Assembly: GCA_019058365.1 (NCBI GenBank) | Contig: JAHPZE010000049.1 | Coordinates: 1 to 19,897, forward strand | Source: Promethearchaeota archaeon | GTDB lineage: Archaea > Asgardarchaeota > Lokiarchaeia > Sigyniarchaeales > SOKP01 | Direction of reading: 5' to 3' | DNA: 19,897 nt | In this document: in pieces, positions 9,783-18,600 of the stretch | Position numbering within the stretch: the stretch's first letter is position 1 | How the letters are laid out: each line of letters begins with the position of its first letter | The notes under the pieces: generated by a model | Told to the model about the DNA's origin: nothing | What the model saw: the letters and a program-made list of their open reading frames with translations, nothing else | Database searches by the model: none | Translations under genes and position numbers: made by a program

Positions 9783-9830
9783 TTACTTAATTACTGCACT
9801 AGAGTATTATTTACGGCAGTAATTGAATAA
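9783..9830. repeat. Inverted repeat upstream of the DUF2284-corrinoid cluster (candidate operator or hairpin)
   Basis: AATTACTGC (9789..9797) and GCAGTAATT (9816..9824) form perfect 9-bp arms with an 18-nt spacer, extendable to 15 bp with 2 mismatches. A TATA-like TTTATATA lies at 9774..9781. Confidence 0.55.
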
Positions 9831-9891
9831 GAGATTTTAATAAATAAATGAATATTTAAGTAAAAAAAGCACACTTAAAGCTGAGAATCTT

Positions 9892-10677
9892 ATGGTACAA
9901 AAATTAATTCCTGAAGTTGATAAAGAATGGTCAAAAATCTCTTTCAAATGGAGGAGGTTATTACCAAAATCGAAAGAAAGATCAACATCTCCAATAAAAT
10001 TCGAACCTGATGAAAAAGTTCTTAATGACCTTATTAAACGATCTAATAAAATCATTGATGAAATAATCTCAAAGTCAAAAACTAAAGCTAGTGGTCATGC
10101 TAAATTAATAACAACAGACAAAATTGTGATAGATCCACGTGTACGCTGGAAATGCCAAATTCCCATCTGTTTTGGCTTTGGAACAAGTATTAATTGTCCT
10201 CCACACTCTCCTACTACGAACGAGATGAGAGAAATCGTTAATAGTTACAGATATGCTATTTTAATATCATTTTATCCACCGATAAAAAACCATGTTTTCC
10301 CTAGTATTCTTTTAGGAGTACAAGGAGATGTTAATTTGTTAAGTCAAATGGTTGGTATGATCGAGGGAGAAGCTACTTACATGGGATATTATCTTGCTAT
10401 GGGATTTAAGGGAGGTCCTTGTGTTGGTTGTGGATTTTTTTCTCCAGAATATTTCAAAGATTTAATGCAACAAAAAAAGATACCGCCCTGTCCTGTACTC
10501 GATAATCAAATGTGTCGACAATATCTGAGAGCTCGCCCAGCTTTAGAGGCATGTGGTGTGGATAGTTTTGCTACAGCTGTTAAATGTGGTGAAAAAGCAC
10601 CTTATGTAATTAATCCCGAGCATCCAAAAGAAGCAATACCATTTGTTGTTTGGCATGGTATTGTTTTGATAGTATAA
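9892..10677 (+). CDS. DUF2284 family predicted metal-binding protein, 261 aa
   Basis: DPRVRWKC..P.C..FG....CPP, E..A...GYY.A.GF.GGPCxxC, CR....ARPALEACGVD and terminal GIVLI motifs. Confidence 0.85.
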   Translation: MVQKLIPEVDKEWSKISFKWRRLLPKSKERSTSPIKFEPDEKVLNDLIKRSNKIIDEIISKSKTKASGHAKLITTDKIVIDPRVRWKCQIPICFGFGTSINCPPHSPTTNEMREIVNSYRYAILISFYPPIKNHVFPSILLGVQGDVNLLSQMVGMIEGEATYMGYYLAMGFKGGPCVGCGFFSPEYFKDLMQQKKIPPCPVLDNQMCRQYLRARPALEACGVDSFATAVKCGEKAPYVINPEHPKEAIPFVVWHGIVLIV

Positions 10678-10722
10678 TATCATTTATAATAAGAAATATT
10701 ATAGAGAGGTTTTCATGAAAAG

Positions 10723-11376
10723 ATGGGTTTAGAATATGATACTAAAACTGATAATGACAATTATTATATAAATAAAATCATTGATGCTGTAAATACATTG
10801 GATTTCTATTCAATGAAAGAATCAATTAAGGAGGCAATTGATATGGGAGTCTCCGTTATTGACATTATAAAGAGGGGTGTTATTGTAGGATTGGAGGAAT
10901 CAGGAGAAATGGGACTAATATTGGCTGCAGAAGCTCTTGAAGGGGAAATCATTTTAAACGATGAGCAGGAGCAGAAAAGATTGAAAAAATCTCGAAGATA
11001 CTCTGGAAAAGTAGTTATCGGGACAATAAAAGGAGATATACATAGTTTGGGTAAAAATATCGCAAGTATTATAATGAAATCATACGGTATGGATGTAATA
11101 GATCTCGGTGTGGATGTAGAACCTAAAGAATTTGAAAAATTCGCATATTTACCAGAGGTAAAAGTAATTGGTATATCTTTTCTCCTCTCATCAGTAGAAA
11201 ACCGAATTAAAGAAGTAATGTCTTTATTAAAAAAAGGAGAATTGAAAGATAAAGTTAAAGTTATTCTTGGAGGTGCTGCTGTTTCACCAGAAATCGCAGC
11301 TGAAACTAACGCAGACGCATTTGCGACAGATGCAATACAAGGGGTCAATATAATAGAAAAATGGTTAAGAAATTAG
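10723..11376 (+). CDS. Corrinoid (B12-binding) protein of the MtaC/MtbC methyltransferase type, 217 aa
   Basis: N-terminal helical cap domain followed by GDIHSLGKN (DxHxxG, His107 codon at 11041), DLGVDV, IGISFL and VILGGA. Confidence 0.92.
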   Translation: MGLEYDTKTDNDNYYINKIIDAVNTLDFYSMKESIKEAIDMGVSVIDIIKRGVIVGLEESGEMGLILAAEALEGEIILNDEQEQKRLKKSRRYSGKVVIGTIKGDIHSLGKNIASIIMKSYGMDVIDLGVDVEPKEFEKFAYLPEVKVIGISFLLSSVENRIKEVMSLLKKGELKDKVKVILGGAAVSPEIAAETNADAFATDAIQGVNIIEKWLRN

Positions 11377-11462
11377 ATTTATTGAAACTTTATTTTTAAT
11401 TATGTTTTTCAATCAATTTCAACATAATTTAAAATTTAATTTAATGAAAATAACAAATCTAA

Positions 11463-11469
11463 GAGGTGA
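11463..11469 (+). promoter_or_regulatory. Strong archaeal-type Shine-Dalgarno motif GAGGTGA
   Basis: GAGGTGA lies 6 nt upstream of in-frame ATA 11476. Confidence 0.7.
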
Positions 11470-11475
11470 GTAGAT

Positions 11476-13479
11476 ATAGAGAATAAGAGATTTACTCTCA
11501 TTTTAGAACCATTATCTAAACGAATAAATGTCGATTATGGAGCATTGGTTTATGATGCAGTACTAGCATTAAATTTCCCGATAAGTGCTTTATGTGCAGG
11601 TAGAGGAACATGTGGAAAGTGTGTTACTCAAATTGTAGATTCTAATCCTAAGATTTCAGTACCATCTGATACAGAAAAAAAAATTTTGGGTAATGAAAAA
11701 ATAAAAGAGGGTTATAGGTTGGCTTGTCAAACTCGAATATTTGGTGATTTAAGAGTCTACCTTACTGATTCATTAATCCCAAAAGGATCCAGAATTATAG
11801 TTGATTCAGATTTAGAATCTCTTGGAATAAATACTGAGAGTAAAATTAGACCAATTATCACCTCCCAAATATATGATTTTAATATTGAGGATTTATCCAA
11901 TTTAGAGAATGATTTTTCTTTATTGGAAAATATTATTCTGAAAAATAATGACTTTAAAATATCTAAAAATCATAAATTATTGTATTTTGATGATTCTCTT
12001 TATAATATTACTAGAAAGTTGCCTCAGATTATAAGAGGACAAAATAATAAAATTACTGCTTTTTTCAGAAAGCTTTCATCTGAAGAACCGTGGATTCTTT
12101 ATGATATTGATATTGGAGATGTTAAAGATAAAATATTTGGATTAGCTGTTGACATTGGAACTACTACAATTGTAGGTTATCTTATTTATTTAAAAACAGG
12201 TGAAATTACCGCTATATCTTCAATGTTAAATCCTCAGGTTAAGATTGGGGAAGATATTGTTTCAAGAATTTCTTATATTATAAAAAATGACGGGATGGAT
12301 GTAGCAAAGGATTTATTAGTTAAAGCTATAAATCACTTGTTAGAAGATTCTTGTGATAAAGCACATATATCTACATCAGAAGTTAGAGATATTTCAATTG
12401 TAGGTAATACTGCTATGCACCACATGTTTTTTGGAATACCAACTGAATTTTTGGCTGTTTCACCATATAACCCAGTCTTTAAAGCTCCAATCAATTTGAG
12501 TGCTGGTATTCTTGGCATCAATTGTAATCCTAATATAAATGTGTATTCACCCCCTGTTGTTGCAGGTTATATAGGAACAGATACAATTGGAGGTATTATA
12601 TCATCTAAGATCAATACGTACAAAAAATATACACTTTTAATTGATATTGGGACTAATGGAGAGCTAGTTCTGGGAAATAATGAAGGGCTTGTTGCTTGCT
12701 CTTGTGCTGCAGGTTCAGCTTTAGAGGGTGTGCATATTTCAAATGGTATGCGCGCTTCAGAGGGAGCAATTGAATCTGTTATAATAGATAAAGAAACATT
12801 AGAACCAACATTTACTGTAATAGGCGATCAAAATCCAATTGGATTATGTGGATCAGGACTTATTGATATAGTAGCAGAATTGTTAAAATCACAAATTATC
12901 ACACGAGCAGGAAAATTCAATATTAAATCAAAGAAGTTGATTAATAACAGAAGAATTGTGAAAAAAGAAGATGGATATCATTACATCATATATAATAAAG
13001 TATGGGATGATAGTTCCTTTCAAGACAGTATTAATAAAAATACCATTAGGGAAATTACACTTTCTCAGAAAGATATTCATCAACTGCAATTAGCAAAAGG
13101 AGCGTTCTTATCGGCAGCAAATTTATTGCTTAACATGGGAAGCAAAACTCATGGTGATCTTGAACAAATCCTTTTAGCAGGAGGCTTTGGAACTTACATT
13201 AATAAAGATAATGCTGCCTTCATAGGTTTATTTCCTGAGGTTGATCAAAATGACATTTATCAAATAGGGAATTCAGCTGGAGTTGGAGCACAATTATTTA
13301 TAAAAGATTTTGAGCAGAGGAATATTGCAAATACAATTGCTTATGAGATAAAATATCGAGATATTGCGTTATCACCGAAATTTCAAATGGAATATGCTTT
13401 TTCTCTTTATTTCCCACATTATAATCTGAATAAATTCCCTAAGATAATGCAAGAATATAACGAAATACCTTTAACTTGA
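11476..13479 (+). CDS. RACo/AcsV-type ATP-dependent reductive activator of corrinoid proteins (N-terminal [2Fe-2S] plus ASKHA/DUF4445); about 667 aa from a probable ATA start (ORF track starts at TTG 11545)
   Basis: CAGRGTCGKC...RLACQ [2Fe-2S] motif; DIGTTT, DIGTNGE, CAAGSALEG, GLCGSG, QLAKGA, LAGGFG and GNSA motifs. The ferredoxin first strands (FTLILEPLSKRINVDYG) lie upstream of 11545 in frame. Confidence 0.9.
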   Translation: MENKRFTLILEPLSKRINVDYGALVYDAVLALNFPISALCAGRGTCGKCVTQIVDSNPKISVPSDTEKKILGNEKIKEGYRLACQTRIFGDLRVYLTDSLIPKGSRIIVDSDLESLGINTESKIRPIITSQIYDFNIEDLSNLENDFSLLENIILKNNDFKISKNHKLLYFDDSLYNITRKLPQIIRGQNNKITAFFRKLSSEEPWILYDIDIGDVKDKIFGLAVDIGTTTIVGYLIYLKTGEITAISSMLNPQVKIGEDIVSRISYIIKNDGMDVAKDLLVKAINHLLEDSCDKAHISTSEVRDISIVGNTAMHHMFFGIPTEFLAVSPYNPVFKAPINLSAGILGINCNPNINVYSPPVVAGYIGTDTIGGIISSKINTYKKYTLLIDIGTNGELVLGNNEGLVACSCAAGSALEGVHISNGMRASEGAIESVIIDKETLEPTFTVIGDQNPIGLCGSGLIDIVAELLKSQIITRAGKFNIKSKKLINNRRIVKKEDGYHYIIYNKVWDDSSFQDSINKNTIREITLSQKDIHQLQLAKGAFLSAANLLLNMGSKTHGDLEQILLAGGFGTYINKDNAAFIGLFPEVDQNDIYQIGNSAGVGAQLFIKDFEQRNIANTIAYEIKYRDIALSPKFQMEYAFSLYFPHYNLNKFPKIMQEYNEIPLT

Positions 13480-13565
13480 TCTTTAAAAAAATTAATTGAT
13501 ATAACATTATTTAATTTAAAGATTATTTATACATATTATCATTTAAGTAAGATAAAAAAGATATA

Positions 13566-15371
13566 ATGAAAACAGGAAAAGGAAGAATCGTAAAACGGAA
13601 ATCTGGCAATCGAAGATATGATAGTTTTTGGGTATATATCCCCAGTAAAATTTCAAGGGATTATGATTTTCCTTTCAGTGATAAAGAAGAAGTTCTAATA
13701 GATTTAATCGGGGAGCGTTTGAATATTCGTAAGATCTATAATCTAAGTGAACTTACAAGAACTCATGCTATTGAAGATGCTACAATCCCAAAAATAATAG
13801 AAAGTAAAGCATCTTTAAATAAAGATAAACCGTGTATCTATTATCGAGATAAAATTTATTCATATCAAGATGTAAATACAATATCAAATCAAATTGCAAA
13901 CACTCTTGTGAAATTAAATAAAAAATTACAATTAAAAAATCCTAAAATTTCTTTAATGCTTCACAATTGCCCAGAATCTCTTTTTTGTTGGTTTGGTGTA
14001 GCAAAAGCAGGTTGTGTTTTTGTACCAATTAGTTATTTGTTTAAAAAAGAATTATTAGAATTTGTTTTAAAAAATAGCGATACTGAGATATTAATTATTG
14101 ATCACAAATATTATGCTAATTTTAAAGAAATTAGAGAGAATTTACCAAAGATTAAGAAAATATTTATTCGAAATGCACCAAATGATTACAAATTCGATGA
14201 AAATTGTGTCGGATTTGAAAAACTCTTCTCAGAAAATATAAAGAACCCTAAGATTAATATAAATAGCTATTATCCTCTTGAAATCGCTTATACTTCGGGG
14301 ACTATAGGTAAACCCAAAGGGGTTTTATATAGAAATTATTATACTTTATCTGGAATTAGTGTAGTGAAGGCATGGGAAAATTTAGGATTTACTAACGAAA
14401 ATATCAAGTTTTATTGTCCATTACCATTATTTCAAGGATTTGTGCGATATTTTGTAATAATTCCAGTCATTTTTTTTGATGGATCGATAATTATCGCAGA
14501 AAAATTTAATGCTTCAACATTTTGGAGTGATGTTGATTATTATAAACCTAATTGTTTTTGCTATTATGGAGCTTATTTAACAAAATTGGTTAATCAACCA
14601 CCAAAGAAAATGGATAGAAATCATTCAATTAAGTATGCTTTTGGAGCAGGTGCATTAAAAAAGGTATGGGAAACCTTTGAAAGAAGATTTGGTACACAAA
14701 TTATAGAAATGTGGTCTTTAGTTGAAGGTATTGGACTCACTATTAATATTGAAGGATCTAAAGGGGGAAAATTAGGTTCTATAGGAAAAACAGCATTAGG
14801 ATTTGATGTCAAACTCCTTGATTTAGAGGGAAATATAATACCTTCTGGTCGTGATAATATTGGTGAAATTTGTGCAAGATTTAGGCTACCCTTTGAACTT
14901 GAGTATTATAATTTAAAAGAAGAATCGATAACTAGAAAAGGAAAAGAAAGATGGGTGTATACTGGTGATTTTGGTTATTCTGACCATGAAGGATTCATTT
15001 ACTATTTAGGGAGAAAATCAGATATGATTATCAGAGGAGAACATACATTTTTTGCTATTGATATCGAAATTGTGGCAAATTCACATCCTCTAATTGAAGG
15101 AAGTGCTGTTTTTGAAGTTATTGATAAAAAAACTTTAGAAAAGGAATTAAAAATATGTGCTGTGATTAAACAAGGAGCAAAAATTACTCCAAATGAGTTT
15201 TATGACTTCTTAAAGCAAAATCTTGCATATTTTATGGTGCCCCGTTATATTGAATTTAAAAAAGAAATACCAAAAAACGCAAATGAATTTATTCAAAAAT
15301 TTATTTTGCAAAAAGACTGGGAAAAAGGAACTTCAAAAGGTAAAACTTATGACACTAAAGCATTATTTTAG
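13566..15371 (+). CDS. CaiC-like ANL-superfamily (AMP-binding) protein with an N-terminal AbrB/SpoVT-like domain and degenerate catalytic motifs, 601 aa
   Basis: A3 YTSGTIGKPKG (14289..14321), A7 TGD, GRKSD and LAYFMVPRYIEF are present. A5 reads WSLVE and A10 reads PKNANEFIQK. Residues 1-56 carry VYIP...D..FPF...EEV.I......L.IRK. Confidence 0.85.
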   Translation: MKTGKGRIVKRKSGNRRYDSFWVYIPSKISRDYDFPFSDKEEVLIDLIGERLNIRKIYNLSELTRTHAIEDATIPKIIESKASLNKDKPCIYYRDKIYSYQDVNTISNQIANTLVKLNKKLQLKNPKISLMLHNCPESLFCWFGVAKAGCVFVPISYLFKKELLEFVLKNSDTEILIIDHKYYANFKEIRENLPKIKKIFIRNAPNDYKFDENCVGFEKLFSENIKNPKININSYYPLEIAYTSGTIGKPKGVLYRNYYTLSGISVVKAWENLGFTNENIKFYCPLPLFQGFVRYFVIIPVIFFDGSIIIAEKFNASTFWSDVDYYKPNCFCYYGAYLTKLVNQPPKKMDRNHSIKYAFGAGALKKVWETFERRFGTQIIEMWSLVEGIGLTINIEGSKGGKLGSIGKTALGFDVKLLDLEGNIIPSGRDNIGEICARFRLPFELEYYNLKEESITRKGKERWVYTGDFGYSDHEGFIYYLGRKSDMIIRGEHTFFAIDIEIVANSHPLIEGSAVFEVIDKKTLEKELKICAVIKQGAKITPNEFYDFLKQNLAYFMVPRYIEFKKEIPKNANEFIQKFILQKDWEKGTSKGKTYDTKALF

Positions 15372-15617
15372 TTTTCAATCACTCTGAAATATGAAAAATA
15401 CAACGATCTCAGAATCTAGTTAAATCTTTTATTGAAAGGTCTTTTACAGTGTTTAATTTTGACTCTCAAAAAAAATAGCTTGTATCCTTTATTTTAAGTT
15501 CTTTAAAATTATTCCAAAAAACATAAAAGAAATAAAACTTCTATCAATTAAAGAAACGAGAATATCAGAAGTTAATTCTCTTCAGATGATTAGGTTTCAA
15601 AATTAATCAACCAATAA

Positions 15618-15631
15618 TATTTAGCTAAATA
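15618..15631. promoter_or_regulatory. Perfect 14-bp palindrome upstream of the SNF2 gene (candidate operator)
   Basis: TATTTAGCTAAATA ends 34 nt before ATG 15666. Confidence 0.4.
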
Positions 15632-15665
15632 GATAGTTTTTCCTACGCTTGAGTGTTATTAATTT

Positions 15666-18600
15666 ATGAAATTAACTAATAAACTTGAATTGATTTATAT
15701 TCCTGTAACTTACTGGAATGAACCTTCAAGTAGTTTTGAATTGACTTCTGAAGAAAAACACCTTCCTCGAAATACTAATTTTTTTCTACTATGGATTCCT
15801 TCAAATAAATCAGAAAAAGTGCTTACTGAACAGATAAAACTTACATTTCCACGTATTCCTATAAAGAAGCTTTTTTCATGTAAAATTAACCTTGCGATTC
15901 CCTTTAGTTTGTTAAATACTAAAAAAGATCCAGCTTTTTCAAAAGAATTCTTTCAAGTTGTATCTCACTTAGGAAAAATAATACCTATCTCACCAGCAAC
16001 AAAATTACTTTACCAATTAGAAATAATAGAAAATACTGATCGTAGTAAAATACATTATAGTAATTCAATTAAAACATGGGCTCTTCTTACCAAATTTGTT
16101 TTTGAGTTGTTAAATAAAGGTCAATTCGTGCCTATGCTAGAAAGTACATCCCAAAAGTTTTATAATGGTCAATGGCGTTTAATTTTAAAATCCCAATTTG
16201 ATAGTGATCGTTTTAAATCTATTTTGACTAAAAGTACTTGGCCCGCTTTTTGTTTACCCATAGATTTCTTCCGTGAAGAAGATATTATTAAAACAAATGG
16301 TCTCTGGCACCCATCTTATATTTTTTCAACATTCATTGATAGTGTAGGAGATTTTTTGATACGTTATACACTAAATAAAAGTAAATTTCAAACTTTTAAA
16401 GAATTTTATAGCACTGAAAGGAAAAAAGAAATAGATCCAGAATTTAAATTAAGTTGGGATTATAAATATCTGAAAGCACTTATCGAAAAAGACTCTACTT
16501 TTAGAGTAGATGAATTTTATGAAACGATACTGCCTACTTTAATTAGGAATTGGACTCAATCTGCTCAAAGTATTCAATTAACGCATGAATTTACCTTGAG
16601 TTTAGAATTAAAATATCCTGAACAGAATGAAGATGATTGGTTATTAACATTCTCCCTTTTATTACAGGATGGAAATAAAACTATCCCTTTAAATGAGTTC
16701 TGGGAAGGAAATAAATTGAAAGAAGGAGAATTTTCTAAAATTCTTGAAAGCGATGGACACTATTTAGAAACAATTTTAAGAGCATTAGGTACAGCTTCAA
16801 AGATTTTTCCACCAATCAAAAGAGCTTTTTTAGAAAAAATTCAACATGAAATCAAACTTTCTTCCAGTGAAGTAATTGATTTTTTGAAATATCCAAAAGA
16901 TCTTTTAATTCAAATTGGATTTAATATTGTTCTACCTAATGTCTTTACAAGAGGAGGAAAACAACGTTTAACAGCTAGGCTGATAATTCGATCAAAAGAA
17001 AGTAAAAAGCTTACAAAAGGAAAATCTACTGTTTTACCATCAATCTTTGATATCAATTCGATGTTAGAAACAAAATGGGAGGCTAGGATTGGAGGAAAAA
17101 CAATCACAGAAAATGAATTCCATAACTTAATTAACTCTGACGAACCTCTGATTAATCTAAGAGGAGAATGGATTTTAGTTGATCAACAGGATCTTGAAGA
17201 TTTAAAAAATATTAAAGAAACTGAAACAAAAAGTTATATAGATGCTTTAAAGCTTGGGTTAACGGGAGAGATTCAATTAAAAGAAAATGGTCACACGTAT
17301 GATGTAGTTATTGAAGGAGAATTAAGTAGAATTATTAAAAGGATACAATCAATAGATTCTTTCGAGAATATACCTTGTCCATCTTCATTTAAAGGGAATC
17401 TACGTCATTATCAGCAAGCAAGTCTTGTGTGGATAGGGAATATGATAAAGTTTAACTTTGGATTGTGTTTAGCTGACGACATGGGACTTGGAAAAACCAT
17501 TCAGATCATTGCATTTTTACTTTATCTTAAAGAAAATTATCCTACTAATTCGGGAGCTGTTTTGATTGTGTGTCCCACTTCAATATTATTTAATTGGTAC
17601 CGTGAATTAAAGAAATTTGCTCCTGATTTAGACGTTGTACTTCATCATGGAGCTAGACGATATAAAAAAGCTTCAGAAATTCCAGAATTCTTAGAACCAC
17701 ACCGAATTTTTTTAACATCTTATGGAACTATTAGAAATGATATTGATTTCTTAGAAACAATTCGATTTAGTGGAATTATTGTTGATGAAAGCCAAAATAT
17801 GAAAAATTATTCCTCAAAACAGACGCAAGCAATATACAAATTACAAAGTCAATACAGAATTTGTTTAAGTGGAACACCTATAGAAAATCGTTTACTTGAG
17901 CTATGGTCGCTTTTTAACTTTTTAAATCCAAGGCTTTTAGGAACTAGAACTGAATTTCAAAGAAATTTTATTTTACCAATAGAACGATTTCAAGACCAAG
18001 AAGCTATTGATAAATTAAAACTAATCATTTCACCATTTATCATGCGCCGGGTTAAATCTGATAAAAGTATAATAAGTGATTTACCTGAAAAGAATGAAAT
18101 GAAGCTTTATATTGAATTGAGCGATGAGCAAAAAAAAATATATAGAGAGCTAGTAGAAGAATCTCTAAAAGAAATTGAAAGTACTTCTTCTGATGACAGA
18201 AAGAAAAGGGGATTAGTACTTGGATTATTGGTAAAATTAAAACAGATCTGTAATCATCCATTTCAATATTTAAAAATTAATGCGGAATCAGTCAATACTA
18301 AGTTAAAAATGAAAGAATTTGTTTCTCAATCACAAAAAGTAGAAAGATTATTAGAGATGACTGATGAAGTCATTATGAATGGAGGAAAAGTTTTAATCTT
18401 CACTCAGTTTACTCAAATGGGAGATTTATTGCATAAAATACTTGAGATAAAACACGATTTTAGGATTCTATATTTTCATGGGGGTGTGCCAGAAAAGAAG
18501 AGAAGAGAAATTATTGATGAATTTCAATCTGAAGATATTGAAAGTCCGCCAATAATGATATTATCGTTAAAAGCTGGGGGCACGGGATTAAATCTAACTC

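Noticed and set aside
9588-9891. Cobalamin riboswitch upstream of the corrinoid cluster
   Set aside because: No B12-box or GGGAA/GCCACTG-type conserved core, and too AT-rich.
10806-11348. 180-aa minus-strand ORF
   Set aside because: Entirely antisense to the corrinoid protein, with the Ser/Pro/Ile/Thr-rich composition typical of shadow frames.
13479-13523. Inverted repeat ATCTTTAAA / TTTAAAGAT upstream of the AbrB-ANL gene
   Set aside because: Almost all A/T with a 27-nt spacer, so plausible by chance; worth revisiting only if autoregulation is shown.
9837-18261. Short minus-strand ORFs 9837..10055, 12333..12521, 14621..14812, 16910..17107 and 18052..18261
   Set aside because: All overlap well-supported + strand genes and show no recognisable motifs.
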